Origin: Candidatus Poribacteria bacterium
GTDB lineage: Bacteria > Poribacteria > WGA-4E > WGA-3G
Direction: 5' to 3'
Assembly (NCBI GenBank): GCA_965242965.1
Contig: OZ251518.1
Coordinates: forward strand, 1,920,001-1,984,000
Length of the DNA stretch: 64,000 nt
Part shown: piece by piece, positions 1 to 13,522 of the stretch
Numbering within the stretch: the stretch's first letter is position 1
How the letters are laid out: every line of letters begins with the position of its first letter
Position numbers and translations under genes: made by a program
The notes under the pieces: model-generated
Databases searched by the model: none
What the model was told of the DNA's origin: nothing
The model's input: only the letters and a program-made list of their open reading frames with translations

Positions 1-935
1 TCGCTTTTGAGGAGTTTCAACTCCTGCAATATGAGGCGACGCGGCTGCTGGAGAAGCTGCCCGCTGGCATTTTGCCGGAACAAGCATCGGCATGGAAGCC
101 GCGCACGCTCCCGTTCATTCTCAAAGAGATGCGTGCCGAATTCAAGTATATTGAATGGCTCTGGCATCGACTGGAAGCCGCCGATGAGGTAACGCATACC
201 ACGAAGCAAGAGATTGTGGAGGCGAACCTCCGGCTCGTCGCCAGCATCGCCAAGCAGCACCGCTTCAGCAAAACCTCGCTCACTTTCTTGGATTTGATGC
301 AGGAAGGGAGCCTGGGACTCATGAAAGCCGTCGATAAATTTGACCACACGCTCAGTTACCGCTTCAGCACCTACGCAACTTGGTGGATTATGCAAGCCAT
401 CAAACGGGCGTTGGACCAGCAGGGGCAACTGATTCGGGTGCCGTGCTACATCGGCGAGGCTCACCGTGCTATTAAACTCGCGCAGACGACGCTCACGGCG
501 GAACTCGGCCGCGAACCGACTACCGCGGAGATAGCGAAAGAGGTGGGGCTCTCCGAACAGAAGGTGATGGAGATATTCCAAGCCACAACAGGACCCTTGA
601 GTCTGGACGCACCGATTGACGAAGGTTCGCCGGACAGCGCGTTCTTTGAGATGATTCCAGATTCTTCTCAGATTACGCCGGAGAACTACTTGGGGAGTTC
701 CTCCAAAATCGAGGCTATCACCGAGGTCCTCAACAGGGCTCTGAATCCGCGGGAAACGCACGTCATTGCGTTGCGCTTTGGGATAATCGATGGCACTGAA
801 TATACCCTCTCCGACATCAGCGGCAAGCTCCATCTCAGCCGTGAACGTGTCCGGCAGATAGAGGGTGAAGCACTCGGGAAACTGCAGTCGCACGACTCCA
901 AGGCGTTGTTGAGGGAGTTGCTGCTGGATGCGTAG
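1..935 (+). CDS. Sigma-70 family RNA polymerase sigma factor (RpoD/SigA-like), 5'-truncated by the window edge
   Basis: Region 2 ([39 protein letters not shown]), region 3 (LGREPT) and region 4 HTH (SRERVRQIE). The frame is open from position 3. Confidence 0.9.
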   Translation, partial: AFEEFQLLQYEATRLLEKLPAGILPEQASAWKPRTLPFILKEMRAEFKYIEWLWHRLEAADEVTHTTKQEIVEANLRLVASIAKQHRFSKTSLTFLDLMQEGSLGLMKAVDKFDHTLSYRFSTYATWWIMQAIKRALDQQGQLIRVPCYIGEAHRAIKLAQTTLTAELGREPTTAEIAKEVGLSEQKVMEIFQATTGPLSLDAPIDEGSPDSAFFEMIPDSSQITPENYLGSSSKIEAITEVLNRALNPRETHVIALRFGIIDGTEYTLSDISGKLHLSRERVRQIEGEALGKLQSHDSKALLRELLLDA

Positions 936-955
936 GATTACGTCTGGCATTCACC

Positions 956-1054
956 GTAGGCGCGGTTTTCGACCGCGCCTACAGTGAAGCTGGCATGTAG
1001 GAGAGACCTCCCGGTCTCGATTTCTTCTCGGTAGGAGAGACCTCCCGGTCTCGA
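956..1054. repeat. GTAG palindromes: 27-nt GTAGGCGCGG..CCGCGCCTAC plus two GTAGGAGAGACCTCCCGGTCTCG
   Basis: Read directly from the sequence. Confidence 0.85.
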
Positions 1055-1066
1055 TGGTTCAAATTC

Positions 1067-2310
1067 ATGAAAATCGCGTATTTTGACTGCTTTTCAGGTA
1101 TCAGCGGCGATATGACGCTCGGTGCCCTCGTCGATGCCGGTGTGTCACCGGAGACGCTGAAGACAGAATTGGCGAAACTCAACCTCGATGCCGAATTCAG
1201 TCTGCACTTTGAAAAGGCGATGAAACACGGCATCACCGGCACCCGCGCCGTTGTCACTGTGAAAAATGACACGGTGAAAAATGACGAGGCACCTCATGCG
1301 CACGGCCACGCGCACGGCAGACACCTCGCCGATATCTTCAAACTGTTAGATGCCAGCAGTTTGGAGTCGGCGATTTGTGATACCGCCAAACGCATCTTCG
1401 ACCGGCTCGCCGAAGCGGAGGCGAAGGTGCATAATACCGAAAAGGCGAAGGTGCATCTCCACGAAGTGAGCGGGATTGATGCCATTGTGGACATCGTCGG
1501 TGCTGTCATCGGGTTGTCGCAACTCGGCGTTGAGGCAGTCTATGCCTCCCCGCTCTCTCTCGGCCGCGGCTTCGTCCGATGCGCGCACGGCATGATGCCT
1601 GTCCCGGTCCCCGGCACCATGCAACTCCTCCAAGGCGTTCCGATTCACCAGACAGATATCCCGAAGGAACTCGTCACGCCGACGGGCGCGGCACTCATTA
1701 CAACGCTTGCCGAAGAATTCGGCGTGATGCCGCAGATAACACTGGAAAAGGTGGGATACGGTGCCGGCACCCGAGATCTGGCGGAACGTCCTAACCTCCT
1801 CCGCGTTTGTCTCGGAGAAAAAAAAAAGGGGTAACACACCTATCAGTAAGTCCACTTTGGCATCGCGATGAGACAGACACCGTTGACATCATCGAAACCA
1901 ACGTAGACGATATGTCACCGGAGATTACGGGTTACGTCATGGAGAAACTCTTCGCGCAGGGAGCACTAGATGTCTTTCTCACCCCTGTCTTCATGAAGAA
2001 GAGTCGGGCGGCGACAAAAATCACCGTGCTGTCAGATGCTGATTGCCGAGACAGGCTCATTGAACTGCTTCTCACGGAGACTACCACGTTTGGCGTAAGG
2101 GTATCCTCGGCGGCTCGGGTTAAGTTGCGTCGGGATTTTATTCAGATTGAGACGCGGTGGGGTCCAATCCAAGCGAAGCGCGGGTATTTCAACGGCACGC
2201 CGATAAAAACGGTGCCGGAATACGAAGATTGCAGGCGCGTTGCAGAAGAAAACAGCGTTCCGATTCGGGATGTCTATGTTGAGGTCCTTCGCGCAATAAC
2301 GCTCCGGTAG
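1067..2310 (+). CDS. larC: Nickel-pincer cofactor biosynthesis protein LarC, split into two ORFs (1067..1834 and -1 frame ..2310) at an A10/A_AAA_AAG site
   Basis: N-terminus YFDCFSGISGDM, His-rich HAHGHAHGRH, HLHEV, ELVTPTGAA. The second ORF has the LarC C-terminal motifs ETNVDD, MKKSR, ETTTFGVR and PEYEDC. Confidence 0.9.
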
Positions 2311-2444
2311 GAGAGAAACGTTCGGTGGACCGCAGCATGGCGAGGGACAGGCCCTCGCCCTACGGTATGCGGGCCGTTTTTTTTCACCGTAGCGCGGGGG
2401 CCTGTCCCCCGCGATCGTCGCACGGCGAGGGACAGGCCCTCGCC

Positions 2445-4256
2445 CTACGGGGAAGGGGGACCGTTTTTCTTATGTGTAGCACACAAATCACACGTCTTGC
2501 ATCGATAATCTTCTTCGACTTCTTCACCAAAATATTCACGGATGACGCGCGTCCGGCACGTCGTCGCCAGCGCGTAAAATACCACCTTATCAATCTGCTG
2601 GCGTTTGCGGCGGACATAATCCCCTACTTCGATTTGCTCCTCAGTCAACGTGTCAAAGAGTTCGCTGTCATGGATTAACTCAAGCAGCATCAGATCTTCT
2701 TGTCCCCGATACTGAATATAGCCATCGCTCTGCAACTCGGCGAGGTGCTCCATCACAGCCTTCGGATCCAACGCTGTCGCGTTGCATAAATCCAAAATCT
2801 TTGGCTTTGTCCTCCGTTGGAATTGGCTGAGTAGCTGCCGCATCGTATCTGACAACGGCGCGCTTTGCGTAGAGTGCACAGAGCGGCCGAAACGCACCGA
2901 GAGCTGCGATGGCACATTATACCACCGCTTCAGAAAGCCGAGTTTTTCGAGATAACTGAGGCAGACTTGGATTTTCCCACTTTTCAACCCGCTCATCCAC
3001 TCCAATTCATCGCTGGCGATGGTTCGGTAATCTCCCGCGGACTCAAAAGTCTCAATCACTTTGAGGAGTTTCAGCAGAGAGGGTTTATCCGGTGCGTTTT
3101 CCTTGATAAACCATTCGTGCAGTCCTCTGTCTTCAGGACAATAGAGCAAGACGCACTGCGAGTCTTCGCCGTCCCTGCCGGCTCTCCCGACTTCTTGGCA
3201 ATATTCTTCCAGCGTGCCTGTCATCGTCCAATGCACGATGTATCGGATATCCGCCTTGTCAATGCCCATGCCGAAGGCGTTCGTCGCGACGACGATGTCC
3301 AGTCCGTTGCTGCTGTCGTCAAAAAACGCTTCTTGGACGCGCGTGCGCTGGTGCGGTTCAAGCCCGGCGTGATAATGCGCGGCACGAAACCCGCGCGTTT
3401 TCAGGTAATCGGCGATGTCCTCGGTGTTGCTGCGGGTGCCGGCGTAGATAATGCCGTTGTTGCCCGCGGCATGTTCATAGACGAATTCGGTGAGCCGCTG
3501 ATACTTTTCATCTTCATCGCCGCTTTCTTGCACGCTCAGTTTCAGATTCGGACGTTCAATTCCTTGCGTCATCACTTTGGGAGTCGGGATATGGAGCAGA
3601 TTCGTCACGTCTTCTCGAATCTCCGGTGGTGCCGTCGCGGTGAAGAGCGCGATGACATGCGGTTGGAGAGCGTCTAGCGCATCGCAGATTGACAAGTAAG
3701 CGGGCCGAAAATCGCGTCCCCATTGCGAAATACAGTGCGCCTCGTCAATCACAAATAAGGAGATAACGCAGGTGTTCAGCATATCGAGAAAACGTCGGCT
3801 CCGCAGGCGTTCAGGGGAAATATAGAGGAGTTTGACTTCGCCTCGCTGAATCCGTGTCAACTCAGTGCGGTATTCATCAAGCGTCTGCGTGCTGTTGATG
3901 GCAGAGACTGCGGTGATTCCGTGCGCCTTCAATGCGTCAACCTGGTCCTTCATCAATGAGATGAGCGGCGAAATGACCACGGTGATGCCTGTAAGCATCA
4001 GTGCCGGCAGTTGATAACATAACGATTTACCGTGTCCCGTTGGGAAGACAGCGAACACATTTTTGCGTGCCAAAATCGCTTCTATAATCTCGCGTTGCCC
4101 AGCGCGGAATTGGGTATAGCCGAAGTGTGTGTTGAGCGAGGCGAGGAGTTCGTCTGGCGCGGGCGCGTTATTGGGGGGCTCTTCTACGGGGACTACCTTA
4201 TCTTTTGTGATTAGAATGGAGTCAACTTCTGCTAGTAGTGCTTGCAAATTGCTCAT
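2445..4256 (-). CDS. recQ: RecQ-family ATP-dependent DNA helicase
   Basis: PTGHGKSLCYQLP, DEAHCISQWG, VATNAFGMGIDK, QEVGRAGRDG, and a C-terminal zinc motif C..CxxCDLC. Start placed at ATG 4256 because the longer ORF extends into repeats. Confidence 0.88.
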   Translation of the reverse strand: MSNLQALLAEVDSILITKDKVVPVEEPPNNAPAPDELLASLNTHFGYTQFRAGQREIIEAILARKNVFAVFPTGHGKSLCYQLPALMLTGITVVISPLISLMKDQVDALKAHGITAVSAINSTQTLDEYRTELTRIQRGEVKLLYISPERLRSRRFLDMLNTCVISLFVIDEAHCISQWGRDFRPAYLSICDALDALQPHVIALFTATAPPEIREDVTNLLHIPTPKVMTQGIERPNLKLSVQESGDEDEKYQRLTEFVYEHAAGNNGIIYAGTRSNTEDIADYLKTRGFRAAHYHAGLEPHQRTRVQEAFFDDSSNGLDIVVATNAFGMGIDKADIRYIVHWTMTGTLEEYCQEVGRAGRDGEDSQCVLLYCPEDRGLHEWFIKENAPDKPSLLKLLKVIETFESAGDYRTIASDELEWMSGLKSGKIQVCLSYLEKLGFLKRWYNVPSQLSVRFGRSVHSTQSAPLSDTMRQLLSQFQRRTKPKILDLCNATALDPKAVMEHLAELQSDGYIQYRGQEDLMLLELIHDSELFDTLTEEQIEVGDYVRRKRQQIDKVVFYALATTCRTRVIREYFGEEVEEDYRCKTCDLCATHKKNGPPSP

Positions 4257-4274
4257 GGTGTTTTTCAGTTCCTC

Positions 4275-5015
4275 TCCGTAGGGCGAGATCGCGGGGGACA
4301 GGCCCCCGCGCCACGGTAAAAAAAACGCCCCTTTATCGTAGGGCGAGGGCCCTCGGATGCCACACGCGCATGCGAGCGGGTTTCCCTCGCCGTGCCTGGG
4401 ATACACGAACGATCGCGGCGTTGAAAAAAAACGCCCCCCCCTTCATCGTAGGGCGAGGGCCTGTCCCTCGCCGGGCCATCGGCCACGCGTGCGCGCATCC
4501 CCTCTGTAGGACAAGAGCACCTGCTCTTGACCCGTTCGGGAGCAGGCACTCCCGAACTACAGTTTCCTCAAGGTCTGTAAGACCTTAATGTCTATAGTAC
4601 CCGCAGCCCGTCAAGTCCTCAAGGTCCTTTAGGACCTTAATGTTTTCCGGATGCGTTGCGTGTGCTGCCTATTAAGGACCTAAAGGACCTTAGTGTTTTT
4701 CACGTCCGGCGGATACTATAGACATGCAGGACCTAAAGGACCTGAAGAGATTTTTTCGCGGGTGCGATCACGGGGGACAGGCCCCCGCGCTACGGTAGAA
4801 AACGCCCCTTCATCGTAGGGCGAGGGCCTGTCCCTCGCCATGCTCCGGTCCACCGAACGATCGTGGGAAAAAAAACGCCCCCTCATCGTAGGGCGAGGGC
4901 CTGTCCCTCGCCATGCCTGGGATACACGAAACGATCGCGGGGGACAGGCCCCCGCGCCACGGGCCTAGGTGGCGTGTTCCTCAGATCGCGGGGGACAGGC
5001 CCCCGCGCTACGGGC
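4275..5015. repeat. Mosaic REP-like array (GTAG-GGCGAGGG-CCTGT-CCCTCGCC family and variants) containing a ~175-bp four-hairpin element (4570-4744)
   Basis: Multiple copies in both orientations. Confidence 0.9.
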
Positions 5016-5023
5016 CAAGAAAT

Positions 5024-5725
5024 TCAAAAAAACCGAAAACGGAGGATGTGAAAAATCGCGGCGATGCCATCCTTCCAATTGACAGTTTTCCCCTCGTGGT
5101 AATCCCTGCCGCGATAGGTAATCGGGACATCGACGATTCTGCACTTCCGCTTGGCGAGTTTCGCCGTGATTTCAGGCTCAAAACCGAACCGATCTGACTG
5201 GAGAGTTGCCGCAATCTCCTGCAACATCGGCGTTTTCATCACCTTATAGCAGGTCTCCATGTCCGTAAGGTTCGTGCCGTTGACGACATTAGAAAGGAAG
5301 GTCAGGAATCGGTTGGCGAGATAACTCCGAAGCAAACCTTCTTGTCTTCCCGCCATGAAACGTGAGCCGTAGACGACATCCGCCTCGTCCGCTAAGATAG
5401 GCTGCAACAATTTGGGGTAATCACTCGGGTCATATTCCAGGTCAGCGTCTTGGATGAGGGTAATATCGCCTGTGATATGTTGGAACCCGGTGCGGAGCGT
5501 CGCGCCTTTGCCTTGATTCACGTCGTGATAAAAGATTTTCGTCGACGGATCGGCGGCGGCCTCGATGCGCGTTAAGATGTCGCGCGTGCCATCGGTAGAA
5601 CAATCATCAACGAGAATCAGTTCTTTTTCCATGCAGATTTCAACGGCGGCGATTTGGCGCAGAATTTCTTCTAGGCTTTCGGCTTCGTTGTAAATCGGAA
5701 TCACAATAGTCAGCTTCGGCTCCAT
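5024..5725 (-). CDS. Glycosyltransferase family 2 (polyprenol-phosphate glycosyltransferase/DPM1-like)
   Basis: IPIYNE, VDDCSTDGT, NQGKG, QDADLEYDP, DMETCYK, FGFEPE. Confidence 0.9.
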   Translation of the reverse strand: MEPKLTIVIPIYNEAESLEEILRQIAAVEICMEKELILVDDCSTDGTRDILTRIEAAADPSTKIFYHDVNQGKGATLRTGFQHITGDITLIQDADLEYDPSDYPKLLQPILADEADVVYGSRFMAGRQEGLLRSYLANRFLTFLSNVVNGTNLTDMETCYKVMKTPMLQEIAATLQSDRFGFEPEITAKLAKRKCRIVDVPITYRGRDYHEGKTVNWKDGIAAIFHILRFRFF

Positions 5726-5859
5726 CTGGATGCCCCCAGTGTTTTCGGTGTCTTCCGCAATATTTTCTCTATGATACCCGATTTCGTTTTTTTATGCAAG
5801 TTTTTTCTGGGGATATGATGGAGGTTTTTCGTTAACGTCAGAAATCTTGGAGTTTTTCG

Positions 5860-6322
5860 CCATCGCTCGCGGGGGAAACCCGCTCGGATGCGCGTGTGGC
5901 ATCCGAGGGCCCTCGCGCTACGGGAAAAAACGCCACCCTCATCGTAGGGCGAGGGCCTGTCCCTCGCTATGCCTCGCGCAAGCCAACGATCGCGGGGGAC
6001 AGGCCCCGCGCTACGATAAAAAACGGCGTGCGTTACCGTAGGGCGAGGGCCTGTCCCTCGCCATCGTTCATGCACCAGACTCCCTCTTCTCTGTAGGGCA
6101 GGATCGCCTGATCCTGACCCGATCGGGAGCAGGCGCTCCCAAACTACAGACGTGGGGCGAATCGTCCGCGCAATCCAACGATCGCGGGGGACAGGCCCCC
6201 GCGCCACGATAAAAAAAACGGTTATCGAACCATCGCGGGGGAAACCCGCTCGGATACGCGGATGGCATCCGAGGGCCCCCGCGCTACGGTATTGCATCGA
6301 GACCGGGAGGTCTCTCCTACCG
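5860..6322. repeat. Mosaic GTAG palindrome array
   Basis: Families A, B, D and E present. Confidence 0.9.
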
Positions 6323-6358
6323 GGACATCAAACGAAAACGGATAATAAAAAAATATTC

Positions 6359-6387
6359 TTGACATTTTTGCGCGTTTGTGATACTAT
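6359..6387 (+). promoter_or_regulatory. Sigma70-type promoter TTGACA-17-TACTAT with extended -10 TG
   Basis: Direct consensus match upstream of the TPR gene. Confidence 0.7.
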
Positions 6388-6407
6388 TCTCTACAAACTT
6401 CAATAGG

Positions 6408-6740
6408 ATGCAAAATATGCCGACACGAGAGGAACTTTACGACACCGCCCTCACCCATTTTGCTGAAAACGCACTGACGGCGGCCGTCGACGCTTTCAAA
6501 AAACTGATCGAAACTTACCCCGATGATACCGAAGGGTATATCGGATTGGGACACGCGCACGAACGGCTTGGCAACTACGATGAGGCAATCGAAGCCGTCC
6601 AGAAGGCGATCGAACTCAACCCGAAGGACCCGCTCGCGTATACGAGTTTATCTATCTGTTACCAACGAAAGGGGCTGATTCCAGAAGCGGAGGATGCGAT
6701 GGCGCAATCGCAACGGCTGCAGCTGGAAGCATCCCGGTAG
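6408..6740 (+). CDS. Small TPR protein
   Basis: TPR pattern YIGLGHAHERLGNYDEAIEAVQKAIELNP. Start is 6408 or 6417. Confidence 0.85.
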   Translation: MQNMPTREELYDTALTHFAENALTAAVDAFKKLIETYPDDTEGYIGLGHAHERLGNYDEAIEAVQKAIELNPKDPLAYTSLSICYQRKGLIPEAEDAMAQSQRLQLEASR

Positions 6741-6845
6741 GCGTGGTGACAAAACGCGCCTACAAGGACATTACGTTAGCGGTAGAAGAGACCTCCCGGT
6801 CTCGATTTCTGCTGCTGACACAGAACACAGATCCGGAGGTCTGTT

Positions 6846-7373
6846 ATGACAAACGTTACTTTACTCGACCCGACTTCTCAAGGCGATGTCTCGGCGAAAT
6901 TTCTCGCGCCGCGGCTCGATAGTCTTGATGGAAAAGTGATGGGGCTGCTGGACATTACCAAAAACGGCAGCGATATTTTCCTTGAACGCATTGAGGAATT
7001 AATGCGCGACCGGTTTGACCTGGGTGATGTCATTCATGTCAAAAAACCGACGTTCTCGCGGCCCGCGCCGCCGGAGTTGCTTGCTGAGCTCGCCGAACGC
7101 GCCGATTTCGTCATTGAAGGGCTCGCCGACTGAGGCTCCTGCATATCGTGCAGTATGCACGATGGGAGTGTCTTAGAGGAGCGCGGCGTGCCGAGTGTCG
7201 CTGTTTGCACGGAGGTGTTTTTCGCCGCCGGTAAGGTGCAGGCGCGTGCCCTCGGTCACGACGATTTGGAACCGTTAACCGTGGCGCATCCGATTCAGAG
7301 TCTGACACGAGATCAGATTCGCGAACGCGCGGAAGGTGTGGTTGAACAGATTGCGGAACGGTTGATGAAGTAG
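6846..7373 (+). CDS. UGSC-family selenoprotein (in-frame TGA 7131-7133 read as Sec)
   Basis: ORFs 6846..7133 and 7155..7373 are in the same frame. The junction reads EGLAD-U-GSCISCSMHD, and a SECIS-like hairpin follows the TGA. Confidence 0.85.
7136..7168 (+). promoter_or_regulatory. Putative bacterial SECIS element
   Basis: Perfect stem ATCGTGCA (7145-7152)/TGCACGAT (7156-7163) with a G-initial loop GTA, 19 nt after the UGA. Lower stem CTCC/GGAG. Confidence 0.7.
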
Positions 7374-7379
7374 GTCCTA

Positions 7380-7856
7380 TACCGTAGGGCGGGGGCCTGT
7401 CCCCCGCCATGCAACGATCGCGGAAATCGCCCGTTTATACCGTAGGGCGAGGGCCTGTCCCCTGCCATGCGGCGATCGCGGAAATCGCCCGTTTATACCG
7501 TAGGGCGGGAGCCTGTCCCCTGCCATGCGGCGATCGCGAGGGACAGGCCCTCGCGCTACGGGGAAAACGACGTGTCTCCTTCTGTAGGGCAAGAGCACCT
7601 GCTCTTGACCCCTTCGGGAGCAGGTGCTCCCGAACTACAGATGGGGGCGAATCGTTCGCGCGATTTGACGATCGCGAGGGACAGGCCCTCGCCATGCCTG
7701 GGTCTATCAAACGATCGCGAGGGACAGGCCCTCGCGCTACGGTTGGAACGAGGGCTCGCGAGGGACAGGCCCTCGCGCTACGGTTTTGAGGGGTGCGTGC
7801 GATCGCGGGGGACAGGCCCCCGCGCTACGGTGAAAATCGAGACCGGGAGGTCTCTC

Positions 7857-7860
<4 letters not shown>
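7380..7860. repeat. Mosaic GTAG palindrome array between the convergent UGSC and clpB genes
   Basis: About ten palindromes. The last one supplies the clpB stop. Confidence 0.9.
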
Positions 7861-10544
<2,684 letters not shown>

Positions 10545-10594
10545 GATGTGTCTCCTGTTGTTAGATTGTTATGGGCGGAGAACCCTCCTTTTCA

Positions 10595-11445
10595 CCGTAG
10601 GGCGAGGGCCTGTCCCTCGCCATCGTTCCCATATCAAAAAACGTCTCTAAGGTCCTTTAGGACCTTAATGTCTATAGCTCTCGGCGACGTGAAGAGCTTT
10701 AAGGTCCTTTAGGTCTTAATGTGTTTTGACGTGCTGCGCGTGGTTTTATTAAGGTCCTACGGACCTTGACAACGTGCCGGCCCGTTTTTCTATAGACATT
10801 TAGGTCCTAAAGGACCTAGGCGCACCTTGTGACGATAGAGCTCGCGGGGGACAGGCAACCGCACTACGGGGAAATAAAACGTCTCCGCGTTCACGAAAAA
10901 CGCATCCCTTCCCCGTAGGGCGAGGGCCTTCGCATGCCACACGCGCAAAGGTCCTTTAGGTCCTTAATGTGTTTTGACGTGCTGCGCGTGGTTTCGTATT
11001 AAGGTCCTACGGACCTTGATAACGTAACGACACGGGTTTCTATAGACATTTAGGTCCTAAAGGACCTAGACGCACCTCGTGATGATAGAGATCGCGGGGG
11101 ACAGGCCCCCGCGCTACGGGGAAAAAACGCCCCCGCGTTCACGAACAAAAAACGCCCAGGTTACCGTAGGGCGAGGGCCTGTCCCTCGCCATCGTTCATG
11201 CACCAGACCGCCTCCCCTCTGTAGTTCAGGATCGCCTGATCCTGACCCGTTCGGGAGCAGGTGCTCCCGAACTACAGAGGGGGCCGATGCCCCTGGTAGG
11301 AGGGACATCCTTGTCCCGATGCATCCCGGTAGGAGGGACATCCTTGTCCCGATACACACCGCATTGAAACCGGGCGGCAGAAATCGAGACCGGGAGGTCT
11401 CTCCTACCCAATTGCATCGAGACCAGGAGGTCTCTCCTACCGGAA
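10595..11445. repeat. Mosaic array with one full (10649-10819) and one partial (10949-11069) four-hairpin element
   Basis: AGGTCCTTTAGG.CCTTAAT and CTATAGACAT units plus GTAG families. Confidence 0.9.
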
Positions 11446-11487
11446 GATCGCTCGTAATTAAAACACTTGCAATAACTGTGCCAATTC

Positions 11488-13140
11488 TTAGCGTGCCATT
11501 TTGGCAGAAGAAAAGGGCTCCGTCACGATAAACTCTTGATTCACAGCGAGGTTCTCTAATATCTGCAAGCGGCCGCTCGGCCAGCGAATTTCAACGCTAT
11601 CCACGATAGTTTTCTCGCCGATGCCGAAGAGAAGCCTCGGGTCATTGCTAGAGAGATAACTGGCGTTTCGATGCACTTCGCGAACCAATAATGCGTCGCC
11701 GAGCGTTAATGTGACGCGCGCACCGATGCCATCGCGATTGCTGACAGTGCCGACTAAGGTGAGCCGCAGCCAATTGTGCCGGGTTTCATTCCGCAACAAC
11801 TTTACATCCCCGTTTAACTGCGTGACGACGATGTCCGTATCGCCATCGTTATCATAATCGCCGAAAAGGGTGCCGCGACTGACACTAGGAGGTGGTGCCG
11901 GGGAAAACGCTTCGACAAGGGCAAACGTGCCATCGCCGCTGTTTCGGAAAACCTGATCGGGTTGCGCATAAGCCAGCACATCTGTCATCCGCGCGATGTT
12001 AGGAAAGATATGTCCATTCGCCACGAAAATATCAAGCCGCCCATCGTTATCGGCATCGAAAAAGCCGGTGCCGAACCCCAGATAGAGATAACTTTCCTCG
12101 CCTATCTTTGCTTGATAACTGACATCGGTGAAGGTGGCATCGCCGTTATTTCGATAGAGGGTGTTGGTCTCGTAAGAGAAATTGGTCACGAAAATGTCAA
12201 GGTATCCGTCGCCGTTGTAATCGCCAGCGTCCACCCCCATGCCGGCTTGCGCGATGCCATCGGCACTATAGGCACAGCCCGTGAGGATGGCAATCTCGGC
12301 GAACGTGCCATCGCCTTTGTTATAGAAAAGATAGTTCGGCGTGTCATCGTTGGCTACGTAAAGGTCTTGGTGTCCATCGGCATCGAAATCGGCGGCGACA
12401 ACGCCTAACCCTTTGCCGCGAAACATGCCGCCCGGGTCGCGGATATTTGCCGAGTCGGTGACATCGGTAAATGTCCCATCGCCGTTGTTTCGGTAGAGCC
12501 GGTCTGGCGCGCCTTCAAAATTTTTGGGGTGGCAGTAACCTCGGACTTTTTCGCGCTCCGAGGCGAGGTTCTCAAAACAGGGAGGATAAGGCGTATCTAA
12601 CGCGTAGTTGAGATAATTCACGACATAGAGATCGAGGTGGCCATCGTTATCGTAATCAAAGAAGGTTGCGCTGCTGCTCCACTGCGCGTCAGTGGGTGCG
12701 TTTTCCAAGCGCGCCTGCGTAAACGTGCCGTCGCCGTTATTCCGATAGAGCCGATTTGCGCCGAAGTTCGTCACATAAATATCGGTATCGCCATCGTTAT
12801 CGTAATCGCCGCAGGCGGCACCGTGGCCATAACTACCTTCATTGCCGACACCGGCTATCGCAGTGACATCGGTGAAAGTTCCATCGCCGTTATTTCGGTA
12901 GAGGACGCTGGGGGTTGCGCTGTTTATTAGGTAGAGATCGAGATTGCCATCGTTATCGTAATCGAGGAATGCGCCGCCTGCGCCGAGGGTTTCGGGGAGG
13001 TGATATTCGCCTGTCGCGCCGTTATCGTGCGTGAAATGGATGCCTGCGGTTTCGGTGACATCGGTGAAGTGGATGCGCGGTTCCGCGGCGAATGCGGATA
13101 GTGGTATTAGGATGAGGATGAGGATGTGGGGGATGTGCAT
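11488..13140 (-). CDS. CRTAC1-family FG-GAP repeat / ASPIC-UnbV secreted protein
   Basis: Signal peptide, many DYDNDGxxD and YRNNGDGTF repeats, C-terminal NRDGIGARV..LLFGIG..IRWPSG. Confidence 0.9.
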   Translation of the reverse strand: MHIPHILILILIPLSAFAAEPRIHFTDVTETAGIHFTHDNGATGEYHLPETLGAGGAFLDYDNDGNLDLYLINSATPSVLYRNNGDGTFTDVTAIAGVGNEGSYGHGAACGDYDNDGDTDIYVTNFGANRLYRNNGDGTFTQARLENAPTDAQWSSSATFFDYDNDGHLDLYVVNYLNYALDTPYPPCFENLASEREKVRGYCHPKNFEGAPDRLYRNNGDGTFTDVTDSANIRDPGGMFRGKGLGVVAADFDADGHQDLYVANDDTPNYLFYNKGDGTFAEIAILTGCAYSADGIAQAGMGVDAGDYNGDGYLDIFVTNFSYETNTLYRNNGDATFTDVSYQAKIGEESYLYLGFGTGFFDADNDGRLDIFVANGHIFPNIARMTDVLAYAQPDQVFRNSGDGTFALVEAFSPAPPPSVSRGTLFGDYDNDGDTDIVVTQLNGDVKLLRNETRHNWLRLTLVGTVSNRDGIGARVTLTLGDALLVREVHRNASYLSSNDPRLLFGIGEKTIVDSVEIRWPSGRLQILENLAVNQEFIVTEPFSSAKMAR

Positions 13141-13159
13141 AGTGAGAGACAGGCCGTTT

Positions 13160-13522
13160 ATACCGTAGGGCGGGGGCCCTCGCATGCCACACGCGCATGC
13201 GAGAGGGTTTCCCCCGCCATGCCACATCGCGGCAGACGGCCCTTTAGACCGAACGATCGCGAGGGACAGGCCCTCGCGCTACGGTGTTCCGGTGTGATTA
13301 CGATCGCGAGGGACAGGCCCTCGCGCTACGGAAAAAAACGCCACCCCTTTACGTAGGGCGGGGGCCTGTCCCCCGCCGTGCTGCGATCGCGAGGGACAGG
13401 CCCTCGCGCTACGGGGCCGATGGACCGGACGATCGCGAGGGACAGGCCCTCGCGCTACGGGGTAGGAGGGACATCCTTGTCCCGATACATCGAAGAAATC
13501 GAGACCGGGAGGTCTCTCCTAC
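13160..13522. repeat. Mosaic GTAG palindrome array
   Basis: Families A, B, C and E. Confidence 0.88.

Noticed and set aside
4257-4406. N-terminal extensions of recQ, and similarly of 11488..13227, 13519..14409, 41730..42233, 47182.. and 51807..
   Set aside because: The extensions run through repeat arrays. Downstream ATGs give normal domain starts, usually with an SD.
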